Shown here: in pieces, positions 1-11,238 of the stretch
Position numbering within the stretch: position 1 is the stretch's first letter
Layout: every line of letters begins with the position of its first letter
From: Psilocybe cubensis
Lineage: Eukaryota
Assembly: GCA_017499595.2 (NCBI GenBank)
Contig: CM039002.1
Location: forward strand, 992,001 to 1,056,000
DNA length: 64,000 bases
Direction: 5' to 3'
Notes under the pieces: generated by a model
Database searches by the model: none
Told to the model about the DNA's origin: nothing
Seen by the model: the letters and a program-made list of their open reading frames with translations, nothing else
Position numbers and translations under genes: made by a program

Positions 1-622
1 GTACACGGGACAGACGGACACATTTGTGGAATTGAAGACGTCGCTTGCAATACGCGGCAGACAGGACGAAGAACGATTCGAAAGGTATAATTTTCGACGT
101 TTGGTCTGACTGGCTTGTGGCTGACTGGGCTATAACAGGAAGCTGCTCAAGTTCTATTTCCAGTCGTTTCTGCTTGGGGTGCCGGTGAATCCGCATTGGG
201 CTAATTATGTCTCTGACGCGATTTGACGATGTGTTTGTGAGTAGGAGATCGTGGTTGGATTCCGCACGCCAGCAGGGGTTGTAACAACTGTGCAATCATT
301 CAAGACGATGCAGCTGCCACGCATGGTGCGCGGCAAACCGGGCGCATGGGATCCGATGGTCTGTATGCACTGGGGCGCCGGATTGCTTAGGGAGCTAAAG
401 GTCCTCATTGACAACGCGCGCGGCGATATTGTTAGTGACACGTCGGTGTGGCGCGCGAGATTCGTGCCTGGGAAAGGTGTGAGTGTGGCGGTGCTAGAGG
501 GCAGAGAGCTGGAGGAGGTGGTGAATGGGGAGGAGCGGGTCGGATTCCTGCCAAGATGGTACTGGGACACATGGCGAGAAGCATCACAGGGCAGACGCAC
601 CCATTTAGCTTCCGTCATCTGA
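1..622 (+). CDS. RAI1: Rai1/DXO-family decapping nuclease, 3' part (gene begins before the window; spliced)
   Basis: Removing two short GT-AG introns (~85-139, ~186-244) gives ...[47 protein letters not shown]...GFLPRWYWD. ELKT and [14 protein letters not shown] are the Rai1/DXO motifs. Stop TGA 620-622. Confidence 0.88.
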
Positions 623-859
623 CTTTAGAGGGGGCGCGTATTATAGTAATAGTGTAGACCTTGATGCAATGGATTCAGAACGGAGGATTCTTCACCCGAA
701 ACCCGGAGAATGCCGATACGCGTCGTCGCGTTTCTCGCGGGCCCACCCTCTGACCCTCCACCCACTGACCATCCTCTCTCTTCTCACCACAAACGCGCGA
801 GTCTCATAGTCCGCAACAGCGGCCACCCACTCTCCTCCTCCACCAGCGAGCACGCGCAC

Positions 860-3423
860 ATGGCTACGCCCTCGTCCTCAGCCACGTCCCCCTCGCCCCC
901 AATGCCTTATCTCCCCGCAACCCAGCAGCCCGCTGCCTCCCAGGACCAAGACGACGAGCAGCAGACGAGGACCAAAGCCGTACAAAAGTTCCTCGCTAGA
1001 GCAGAGGTCGCAATGGTATGTAGCCCCTCCTCCCCTCCCTACCCTCCGACGCGTTGGCGTCGACGCCTTCCGAGCTGCGCGGAGTCCCCTCAGCCCATCC
1101 GTCCGTCATGTCCAGCCAGCCAGTCCCCATGCAGCTAATTTACATCTCATATTTCACGTTAAATCTAGTACAAAGTTCTTACTCATGTTTCTGCTAGGTA
1201 ACCCGCGCGCTGCGAACGCGTCTGGCGTACGCCTCGTACAAGGCCACCCACAATGTCCCACACGTCCCACTACGCGACCTCGAGGCGCAGAACCAGGGCC
1301 AAGCGGCCTCCTTCAACCGCACCGTCGCAGCGAAACGCAAGGCCGTCGGTGCGGCTCCAACGTATTACACCCAGGGTCAGGGTTCCAGCAGCGCAGGCAC
1401 CATGCGCCGAGGCCCACCAGGCCCCATGGCCCCTCCTCCATCCACATCCACCGCGATCTCATCACCACGCACGCACGCCTACCCACCCTCCGCACCCAGC
1501 ACACCAGGCTACGCAAGCTACCACGCCGCCGCCGCCACGATGCGGAACATCACCCACGCGCACTACCAACACCAACAGCAAACGGCCCAAGCGCCGCCGA
1601 ACCTGTACTCGTCCATCCTCGCCCCGCCGCCGACGAACAGGGCGAGGACGATACATAACCCGAATGATCCGCCCATCCCGGCGCCTGCGCGTCCGGTCGC
1701 TGGGCCGTCTCCGCGGTTGCGCGCACAGCACCAGCAGCAGCAGCAGGAGAAGAAGAAGATGTCGTCGCCGCGCGGTGAGACGCATCGCGATCGCGATCGG
1801 GAGCGGGAGCGTGTGCAGGGCAAGGCGAAGCAGGCGATCAAACCGGGCAAGCTGCCCGCGTCGCCTGACAGACGGCGGACCAAGGGCGGCAGTGGCAGCG
1901 GCGGCGGGTCAATGGATAAAGGCAAACAAAAGCAACACAACAAAAGCAATAGTATCAGTGCCAGTTCGGGCGAGGTGGATGTGGGTATGGGCGTGGATAT
2001 GGATATGGATGTAGATGGCGACGTGGATATGAAAGCGGTGGCGACGCTGACGTCGCTGCTCAGACACCACAACAGGCCGTCGATGTCGATCGCGGCTGGA
2101 GCGGCGAGCGCGTCGTCCCCGAAATCGAGCAATGGGTCGTCGGATGTCGGCTCGTCGTCGTATGCGTATGCGCACTTTGCGCAGTCTTCGGCGCGGATGG
2201 CGGCGCCTGCGCCGCTTGCTGGCGTCGCGTCCTCATCGGGCGTGGGTGTAGACATGGAGAGCAGGATGATGGCGCTCACGCCACCACCACCACCACCCGG
2301 CGCCTCGTCCCTCCCTCTTCAGACGACCCCGCGCGGTAATGCGGCCTCAGCGTCAGCGGCACCGCCGACGGATAGCGAAGCGGCGAATTTGATGTTGTTT
2401 CTCGCTACGTCGCCGTCGCCTGCGCGGCCCGCGAATGGTGGGAGTGGGAGTGGGGGTACGGGTGGGAGCAAAGAAGCGAGGGATATGGCGGCGTATCGCG
2501 CGCTTGGAGGTGGATCGGGCGCGTTGAGGTCCAAGGGAAGGGTGTTGTTTCCGTCGAGTGCTGAGCCGGGTCCGGGGTTGGGTCTGGGGACGGCGGCGGC
2601 GGGGTATAGACCGGTGCTGGCGAGAGGCGGAGATGCGAGTTTTGGGTCTAGTATGTCGAGTATTGGTGTTGGTGCCGAGTTAGGTGGTGGTGGTGATGGG
2701 CATTCGAATGTTGGTTCGCAGGGGTCGGGGTTGGTGTCGGTGTCAGTCGGCGCGGGTTCTTCTGGGTTGGCATCTGGTTCTGGTTCTGGTTCTGGTTCTG
2801 GCGCTGGGTTGGGTTCTGGCGTTGGCGTTGGCGTTGGCGTTGGTGCGGGTCCTTCTGGTTCTGGTTCAGGTGTATCGCAACTTGGACACGGCCTTCTACC
2901 TCCCGCACCCCTCCCTCTGCCTTTAACATCGGCACCTTCAAGTCCAACTCCAAGTCCGAGTCCGAGGCCTGGTTCAGCGTCGGCTGCGAAACGAACAGGG
3001 ACGGGGACGGTGGAATTTAATATAAATGAGTTTATAAATGCTTCGCCGTCTTCTTCTTCGTTGTCGCCTTTGAGGGGCGGGGTGGTGGGGTCTGCGTCGG
3101 GGGCGGGGGTGGGAGCAGGAGGAGGAGGAACAGCAGCAGGAACAGCAGCAGGAGGAGCTGGAGCTGGAACAGCAGGAGCAGGAGCAGGAGCAGGAGGAAC
3201 ACACAAATCGAACCATAGTCTCCGCGCGGATGTTGGGAGGAAGCTGTTTGAGGAGGAGCAGATGCGCCATCATCAGCAGCAGCAGGTGAGAGAGAGAGAA
3301 AGAGGGGAGGAGAGGGAGAGGGAGAGGGAGAGGGAGAGGGATAGGCCAGGGTCGCGCCCGAGTTCGAGCGCGAGTTCGAGTTCGCGGTCTTTGGGAGCTG
3401 GGATTGATCTTGTGAAAAGTTGA
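860..3423 (+). CDS. Whi5/Nrm1-motif, Stb1-like putative G1/S transcriptional co-repressor; largely low-complexity
   Basis: ATG 860; intron 1016-1197 (GTATGT...CTAG). Exon 2 is in frame with ORF 1402..3423 and opens VTRALRTRLAYASYKATHNVPHVPLRDLE, resembling the Whi5/Nrm1 GTB motif. Also AANLMLFLATSPSP, FNINEFINASPS and many SP/TP sites. Confidence 0.72.
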
Positions 3424-3429
3424 CCGGAC

Positions 3430-5720
3430 GACTTTCTTTGGTTTTAGGTTTTGGAGTTTTTTTTCTCGGTTGATGGATGGATACCCGGTTCCCTCTTTTC
3501 CCTCTTTTCCCGTTTCCCACTTCCCATTTTCTACTTGCCACTTCCTACTTCCTACTTCCCGCCAGGTTTTGGTTTTTGGGGTTTCTGAAGGCTTGATGAG
3601 AGGGTTGGACGTTGGAGCGATGATGACTAGATTGTTCTGTTCTGTTTTTTTTTTTTTTTTTTTTTTTCAGAAATTTTTATTATTTTACTTCTTCTCTTTT
3701 CACTCTTTCTTCTTTTATATTTTCTTCCTTTTCTCTTTGCTCTTTACTTTTTACTTTTTCATTTTATTTCATTTCACTTTTCTCTATTCCTTTTCCTCTA
3801 TTTCATTTCCTTTATTTCATTTCCTTTATTTCATTTCCTTTATTTCCAAACACCAAAAATCCATTTTTTTCCCCGTCTTTTTCTCCCGTCTCCCAAAATT
3901 TCATTCTTTTCTTTCATATCGTCTTTTGTCTGTCTTATTGTCTTGTTCCTGTCCTGTCTGTCTATCTGTCTATTCCGTTTGTCTGTCTGTCTGTTGTACT
4001 ATCCCAAGGGACTCGTTACAAATCACATGCACGTTGTATCACCAGCCACATCCACACTTATCCATACACATCCACATCCATGCATACGTCCACGCATACA
4101 TCCATGCACACATCCTTGCATTCACTGCGCATACATTCACATCCATATCCATGCACTCACAACACAACACACAACACACACATATTGCATATTGGACTCG
4201 CAATGCATACATCCATCCAACCATGCACTCACACTCACACTCGCAACGCCAACACCAGCGCCAACGCACACATATACGCACCCATTAACGCACGCACGCA
4301 CCGCACGTACCATTTACGTCCCACACGTCTTTTCGCATTAGCCCATACGCACCCACACGCGTCCACACACGCCCACACATCCATACGCATCCACACGCGC
4401 GCGCGCAGCTTCATATTATTCATTCTTGGAAGTTGGAATGGTCGATTCGTCGACTCAGCTTGAATCTCGAATTCGTGTTTTGTGGTCTTGCCTCTGTCGA
4501 TTCTATTCTATATATTTATTTGTCTTTTGTCTTTCGTCACGACACGCATTTTTTTTTCTGTTTTTATTTTTTATGTTTCTACGGTTCTCTGGTTCTGTGT
4601 TTCTCGCTTTCCTGAGCTTATCCTTAGTCCATTTATTCATTCATCCATTGTGTCCAATTCTCATTTCCCAATTCTTATTTCCCAATTCTCAATTCTCATT
4701 TCTCATTTATTCTCGGATCCCATGGCTTCTATGATCCAACGATACGATGTCGATGTATGTATACGTATACGCATATTTTCCCAGTCACCAGTGTCTAGTG
4801 TCTCTCTGTCTCTAGTCTCGAGTCTTGACAACAGTTTCCTTCCTTCCTTCCTTTTGTTTTTTTTTATTATTTGTTCTCCTCTTGAAGACGGATGGACGGA
4901 CGGTATATATATATATATATATTTCGATTGTGTTTTGCGATTTGTGATTTGTGATTTCTTTTTTTATTGGTTTTTCCCAATTTTCTCCATCTTGAATTTT
5001 GAATTTTGAATCTTGAATCTTCAAGTTTCGAAACGGTTTCTTACAATGTTTGCTATGTTTTGTCTTGCTTTGTTTTATTTTATTTTATTTTATTTTGTAT
5101 TGTGTTATTTTTTTAATTATTATTCCATTCCGAGTCCATTCCATTCTATTCCATTTCTCTTCCTTTTATTCTTCTTCTTTTCTACCTGAAACTCGGGTTC
5201 GCGTCGAGATTTCAATCTCAATCTCAAGCACAATCTCAATTCAATTTCAATGTCAATGTCAATTTCGATCTCAATCTCAATAAGAAGTTCTCGTTTCATT
5301 TTTTGAACGTTCAGTCCATCATCCATCCATCGCGAATTACAAAGTTGTATTTTTTTCTTTTTTTCTTCTTTGTCTGTCTCTCTATCTCGAATATCAAATG
5401 TCAAATCTTGAATCTTGAATCTCGAATGGATAATCGAATAATCGAATGATTGCATCTACTGTCTTCCGTTCAAAGTTCAAATATTCGTTTCGGGAATTGT
5501 ACCAAGTTCATTCTTTCGAATTTCGAATTTCGAATTTTGGCTCGCAGTGCTCCTCGTCCTCGTCCTGTTCGCGTATTACTATTACGCATGTATGTGTGTA
5601 TATCTTTCTTGCTTTTTCTCGATCTTGTTTTTGTTGCTTTTTATTTAGAAACGCTTACTGGTATTTAGATTTGCTTCATGTAGACTGAATGTCAAAGTTA
5701 AAGTCAAAATCAAAGTCAAA
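3430..5720. repeat. Long simple-sequence/low-complexity intergenic (or 3' UTR) tract
   Basis: T23 run at 3645-3667; T-rich blocks; CA-rich block ~4030-4410; (TA)n near 4905-4922; degenerate hexamer arrays (TCAATC, TTGAAT, TTCGAA). All ORFs here are compositional artefacts. Confidence 0.85.
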
Positions 5721-6497
5721 CTAGGTGGCATATGGGGACTAAAACATGGAGAGATACAAGGATTCAAAATGCCAGCTGGGTCTTGGTTACCACTGACCAG
5801 ACCAAAATGCGCTCGAGAGTGTACGTAGACGTGAAACAGGTGTCTGCTTGCCATTGACAAGTCATTGCAAGTTGCGATGTTGAACCTGACATCATAAGCC
5901 TCTGACCTCTGATCCGGATCACTCCGAAGCAATTCAAACTCCCTTCAAAGTTCAAGTTCAAATCAATCGAGGCTTGTCTATATTTAGAAAAGATTGCCTG
6001 GTTTGGGTCCGGACTTCGAACCCTTAATGTGACAGGGGATTGCTTGGCATCTCGGAAAGTGCCTTTGCGGCGGCGGCAATAAATGGGCATTGGGCACGAG
6101 TTCAGAATCAGAAGTTCTGGGCAGTGGGGGCAGCAGCGCGGGGCTAGGTATTAGGTTCAGACGAGATGAGGCTTCGGCTTCTCTCTTCTCTCTTCATTCT
6201 GTTCTCCACTCACTACTCGCTACTCGCTATACTTATCGGATTTTCTGGGCTCTGGATTTATGTGCGGTCGGCTTTTCGCTCCTTGAAGTTGACATGTTCT
6301 AGTAGCCCTCGGAGTCCAAAGTTCAAGCCGACTTCTCGATAGCGATTCCGACTCGAGGAGATATATACCGTCTATTGTCACGGTTATCGCCGCCACCCTT
6401 CAACGAGTCCCTCACGGAAACCTTTACCTTTGACGATTGATTGATTACCACTTACGACTGCTACATACCACCACCTCCACCACCACCACCTCTCACG

Positions 6498-7423
6498 ATG
6501 ATAATTTACGCCAATCCGACATTCTACGTTTTCCTATCCACGCTTGCTGCTTTCGTTCTATTGTAAGCCATTCGTCATTTCGCGAGCCATGAATCATGAT
6601 GTTCAGAGCTCGTGCGCTGATCCAAAGAGTCGTATAGGCTTCTCACTGTGTTTTCGGTGCCGATGGTGTCCACGTTTTATTTTATGCACTCGAGCCAGGC
6701 TAATGGAGTGAGCTTTGGGATGTGGGGGTGGTGTTTGGATGAGGGTGATGTGTGCTCGCCTTTACAGTGAGTTGTGGTCTGTGTATAAAGTACGTACCTG
6801 GGCTTGAATTGATGGTTTGTGTAGGTTGGGCTTCACATGGCAGCCTGAGATCGACAACCCTATCACGAAAGCTTTTGTATTTTACCCAATATGTATGTGC
6901 GCGTCTGATTTGCCTTGTCTTTTTTTCTTTCTTTCTTCGATGGATCGTGGATCGTTGGTGAGCTAATTGGCGTTTTTTTTTGTTTGAATAGCTGCTATAT
7001 TCACATTTCTGACGATGGTCTCGATGATGCCTGTACTCTGCGTTCGGACGGAGCGAAGCGATAAAGTCTTCCGAATTTTCGCATGGATCTCCTTCGCATT
7101 CTCATCCCTCGCTTTCCTCTTCATGATTGGGATATGGGGCGTCGCGAAGTCGAGATTCGAGAAACGAGGGTTCAGCGCTACATACGGAAACTTGGTGCGT
7201 ATTCGTATCAACTCAACCCTTCGTTTTCGAGCAACGATGTGTTTTTTTCTGATTTGCGATGCGTTATATATAGCCTTGGATGTCGCTCTCTGCGACTCTC
7301 CTGTTGCTCGCGGTGTCTGTTAGCCCGTATTTCCTCGCGCCGCCTCCTAAGAAATCTTCGCGGCGCTCCCGCCCGAGACAATATGATGCTGAAGCCCGTC
7401 CGAGACCTAAAGCTCTTGCGTAG
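6498..7423 (+). CDS. SUR7/PalI-family four-pass membrane protein (5 exons)
   Basis: Spliced reading MIIYANPTFYVFLSTLAAFVLLLLTVFSVP...GVSFGMWGWCLDEGDVCSPLQLGFTW...IWGVAKSRFEKRGFSATYGNLPWMSLSATLLLL. Contains the FGxWGWC..C extracellular motif and the YGN.PWM pre-TM4 motif typical of PalI/SUR7. Stop TAG 7421-7423. Confidence 0.8.
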
Positions 7424-7894
7424 ATGTATTTGCGCTTGTATTATCTGTTTTCGATTCTTTTGGTTTAATGCAGATTAACTTTGCTTTGATTAGTTAGGTT
7501 CGATCAGAGGGGCAGAGCAGAGTAGGAGATGGGCAGTAACCTGTGTGACTGAAGACTCCCGGATTGTGGCGCACCGAGTTGTGAGGAATAAAAACGCAGC
7601 TTGAATTCGACTCAACTTAGCGGCAATGCAAAACTTCAAAAATCCCCATGAAGTAAAACGTTGAACTTGAAGGATACCAAGTCATTCATGAGCTCGAGCC
7701 ATCTTCTGTCACCATGTTCTTTTAAAAAAAACACTTTGACTTCGATCAAGCGTATATTTAGAGTACAAGGCATTGGAAGGCTCTCAACGTTACGCAGACT
7801 ATTAAACCCCTGGACAAACGGTATCAAGAAAATTATGAAGTCTCTCAGTCATTTATTCAGATTCTACTTCATTGTCTTCGTCAGCGGTGTTCTG

Positions 7895-9040
7895 CTAAAA
7901 CAATGGATATTTGCATCTCCTCGTTTCGTCTCTAACAACGACAGTACTCATCTCAGGTAACTGTTCGAATCGTGTCAACTTTCCTTCCCTAACAATCCAT
8001 TTCACTCCTCCATGTTCCATAACAGGCAGCGCATCCGCTCCTCGTCCCCACCAATACCCTTCCTGAAAATACATCGCCGTATCAAAAACACCATTCCCGG
8101 CCCCAGGTGCCCGGTCAGTCTGAGAAACCCTACGCATCTGTTCCACATCTCTAGTGCTTGCCATCTTGACCTCCGGCTCGTAGAACCCCCACTGAATGAT
8201 CGACGCGATTGTCGCAAATGCAGCGCCGACTAAGGGCCCCCACTGACCAATGGCCGTCATATTTTCGCCCACTGGCAACCCCCTCGGCCCGAGCATCGCC
8301 ACTTCCATCACAACGATATGGCCCACACAAAAACCCACAGCGAGCGGCGGCGCGCATACCGCGCACGTTGCGACTCTATCCGCGTTTTTGCGTCGGAAGC
8401 GGCGCGAGCCGACGTTGGTTTTTAGCTGTGCGCGCGCGAGATCGAGCGGGCGTTTCTGCTCAGAGAAGAATATGATGGCCATGAAGGCTAGCCAGCCTGC
8501 GGTCCATGAGAAGAGCGTGGACCATGTGTGGATTATGAATGAGCCGAGGTGGAACGGGACAGAGACGATCTGCTGGCTCTGCCTCAGCGGCAGAGTGACA
8601 TTGCACACTAGCGCCGTGCACGCGTCTGCGTCGCACGGCACGGGCGACGGGATCTTCTTGATGCTTGCTAAAGACGCCATGTTCCCCGTGAACATAACGA
8701 GGATCCACAAAAATACAAGCAGCCGTGCAGACGTTTCCGCCTCTCTTAGCGTTTTGGACCACACCATCAGCGGTATTGCCGCAACGAGCCCGACGCCCGT
8801 GATAGCATATACTGGGATAATGTCCAAATCCACCGTCGCCTTCCCTTTTGCCGCGTCCAGCGCGAGCGCGTGGACAGCTGCGATGGAGCTGAAGATCATG
8901 GACGCACCGAGTGTGCTGTCGACCAGCCATTTCGTTTTGTGGAATACGAGTGTGATGATCAACAGGATGTAGTAGAGGAATCGTGGGATGGGTCCGTAGC
9001 CGCCCGAGAGCGGGTACGCGCATATAAGGCCGGCGCTCAT
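7895..9040 (-). CDS. Uncharacterised multi-pass membrane protein (381 aa, intronless)
   Basis: Uninterrupted ORF with about 7-8 hydrophobic segments, N-terminal CAYPLSGGYGPIPRFLYY, a Cys-containing loop and GQWGPLV before the last TM segment. Confidence 0.75.
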   Translation of the reverse strand: MSAGLICAYPLSGGYGPIPRFLYYILLIITLVFHKTKWLVDSTLGASMIFSSIAAVHALALDAAKGKATVDLDIIPVYAITGVGLVAAIPLMVWSKTLREAETSARLLVFLWILVMFTGNMASLASIKKIPSPVPCDADACTALVCNVTLPLRQSQQIVSVPFHLGSFIIHTWSTLFSWTAGWLAFMAIIFFSEQKRPLDLARAQLKTNVGSRRFRRKNADRVATCAVCAPPLAVGFCVGHIVVMEVAMLGPRGLPVGENMTAIGQWGPLVGAAFATIASIIQWGFYEPEVKMASTRDVEQMRRVSQTDRAPGAGNGVFDTAMYFQEGYWWGRGADALPVMEHGGVKWIVREGKLTRFEQLPEMSTVVVRDETRRCKYPLF

Positions 9041-9579
9041 TATGCTGCGATGTTTTCTTTGATGGGGCGATTTGGATAATTGTTCGAATGTTGGCTGCGG
9101 TGAGGCCTCTTTTCGCGACTAAGCAGCTGGTTATTATATGTGTAGTCGTTGCATAGCCTACTTACGACATGTGTGCTGTGCGGGCACACTGCACAAAAAT
9201 ATGTCAACCATTCTGCCGTTCACATTTGGCAGTGACAGTCAGGTCCCGACCAATGGGGTTGTCCTGAGCCATGCGTTCTGGAATTACTGCTGCTGCCTCT
9301 GGTTTTATTCTTACCGTGCGAAACAACGTATCTTCAAGTTCTCGATTTGGAACGGCATCTTTCGCGGTGAACTCGACGGGCGTCTATCTGATGGATTACA
9401 ATCGTTCCCGTGGAATCCTTCCAGATGCTAGCATGCTAATATTTAACGGCCCTGTTGTCCATTTTTGTGCATATAATGACTGAAATAAGGTGTAAGATGC
9501 GCTGCGCTGCGGAACATCTACTAATTTTTGAGCCACAATCGTATCATTCTACCCTCACACGTGTAGATACCTTGAAGAG

Positions 9580-9592
9580 CATATATATAAAG
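9580..9592 (+). promoter_or_regulatory. TATA-box-like element upstream of the GTPase gene
   Basis: CATATATATAAAG about 35-60 nt upstream of a CT-rich stretch and ~210 nt upstream of the ATG at 9797. Confidence 0.5.
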
Positions 9593-9796
9593 GTGCAGTC
9601 AAGGTGAATTAGAGCTTACACGTCTCTTTCTTTTCTTTCACTATGCACGATACTTATCCTTCGACGATGGGTACCTCACCCACTCATTCTGCTCATTCGG
9701 ACAACGTCTCTATCGGACAGAGGTTTGTTCATTGATACCCACTGTTTGTATTTTCAGGCAACTCAAGAGAACCGTTTTAGCGCCTGGTCGAGCAGC

Positions 9797-11238
9797 ATGT
9801 CTCTCCGTAACAAGGCACGTTGACGTCCTCTTACTTAACATACATAACTTATCTGAGTATTTTCTAGGCTACCGTTGTCGATAACGCCAACGTCACAATC
9901 GCGTGAGCAGCTGAACCTCTTCCAAAATATCAGACAAGGAAATAACCATGTCTTCCTCCAACAGTGTCATGGGAGCTACAGGCACCGGAAAAACAAGCGT
10001 AAACCTTTTTTTTTTGGCTGGACGCATCGTTTGAACTGACCGTCCGTTGTAGGGCACCTTGCCTGGCACAGTTCATCAACCTCGCGAGCGGGGCAAACCT
10101 CAAAGTCGGGCAGGGTCTCCACTCTTGCACGGGCGCGGTCGAGCTAGCGCCGTCCTTTGAGCTCGACGGGCGGTCCGTTAGTCTCATTGACACCCCCGGG
10201 TTTGATGATACCACCAAGAGTGACGCGGACGTTCTGCGTATGATCGCCATGTTTCTCGCTGAAACGTAGTTCAAACCCACCATCCTACGCAATTATCTTC
10301 TCTTTACATCCCTTCTTCTTTGCAAATAGGTACGAACACGGCAAGCGCCTCGCGGGTGTGATCTACATCCACCGCATCTCAGATTTCCGTATGACCGGCA
10401 TCTCATCAAGGAACTTTAAAATGTTCCGTGAGCTCTGCGGCGAGAGCACGCTCCGCAACGTCGTCATCCTCACCAACATGTGGGGCGAAGTCAAACCGGA
10501 GGTAGGCGAGGCGCGCGCGCACGAGCTCGCTACGCAGGACATCTTTTTCAAGCCTGTCATAGCAAAAGGCGCGCAGTTCCTCCGGCACGATAATACGCGC
10601 GCTGCGGCGTTGAGTGTTATTAGGCGTATACTTCAGAACCACCCGATGGCGCTGCAGATCCAGCGTGAGCTGGTTGATGAGGGAAAGGATATGGCGCAGA
10701 CGGCCGCTGGAGCGCAGTTGAATAAGGAGATGATGGAGCAGATCGAGAAGCACCGTAAGGAGATCACGGCTGTTAGAGAAGAAATGAAAGGTAGGTTTTA
10801 TTTGTATATATCTTGCAAATCTAATCATAGGAAATTTTGTCACATCCAGAGGCGATACGCGTTAAAGACGAGGAGGCAAGACGAGAGCTCGAGGCAGAGG
10901 CGAACAAGCTCCAAGCGGAGATGATGCGCGTGCAGAATGAATCTCAAAAGTTGGCCACCGACTACCGCAAAGAAAAAGAGAGGCTTGAAAATCGAATGCA
11001 AGAGATGTCAGAAGCATCACGTAGGGAACAAGAAAAAGCGAATGCCGAGTACAATCAACAACTTTCTGGGATTAGAGATCAGCTTTCGCAGACTTCTGCT
11101 AATGCAGACCAGCAGAGAGCTGAGCTTGAAAAACAAATTGATAATCTGCGTATTGGTCATCGTGGAGGAGGAGAAGGAGGAGGAGGATTTTTTACCCCTA
11201 TTGGCCGTGCTTTAGATGGCTTTTTCAGAATTTATTAG
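9797..11238 (+). CDS. P-loop GTPase (G-domain, AIG1/MMR_HSR1-like) with C-terminal coiled coil
   Basis: Spliced: MSLRNK|ATVVDNANVTIA|VMGATGTGKTS|FINLASG...SCT...LIDTPGFDDT...|GVIYIHRISDFRM...LTNMW (G1, G2, G3 and G4-like motifs), then an E/K/Q-rich coiled coil and the tail GGFFTPIGRALDGFFRIY. The start codon is less certain and needs a GC-AG intron at 9815-9867. Confidence 0.85.

Noticed and set aside
2760..3345. Short tandem repeats considered as a CRISPR-like or amyloid-motif array
   Set aside because: Plain hexamer microsatellites encoding GS/GV/GA/ER runs; no spacers and no HET-s-like pattern.
1253..3541. Overlapping and antisense ORFs (253, 238, 295 and 169 aa)
   Set aside because: Shadow frames of a GC-rich, repeat-rich CDS.
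3470..5688. Long ORFs (e.g. 272 aa F-rich/H-rich at 3470..4288)
   Set aside because: Products of T-rich and CA-rich simple sequence that lacks stop codons; no domain-like content or splice logic.
8250..8972. 240-aa plus-strand ORF
   Set aside because: Antisense mirror of the 381-aa membrane protein gene.
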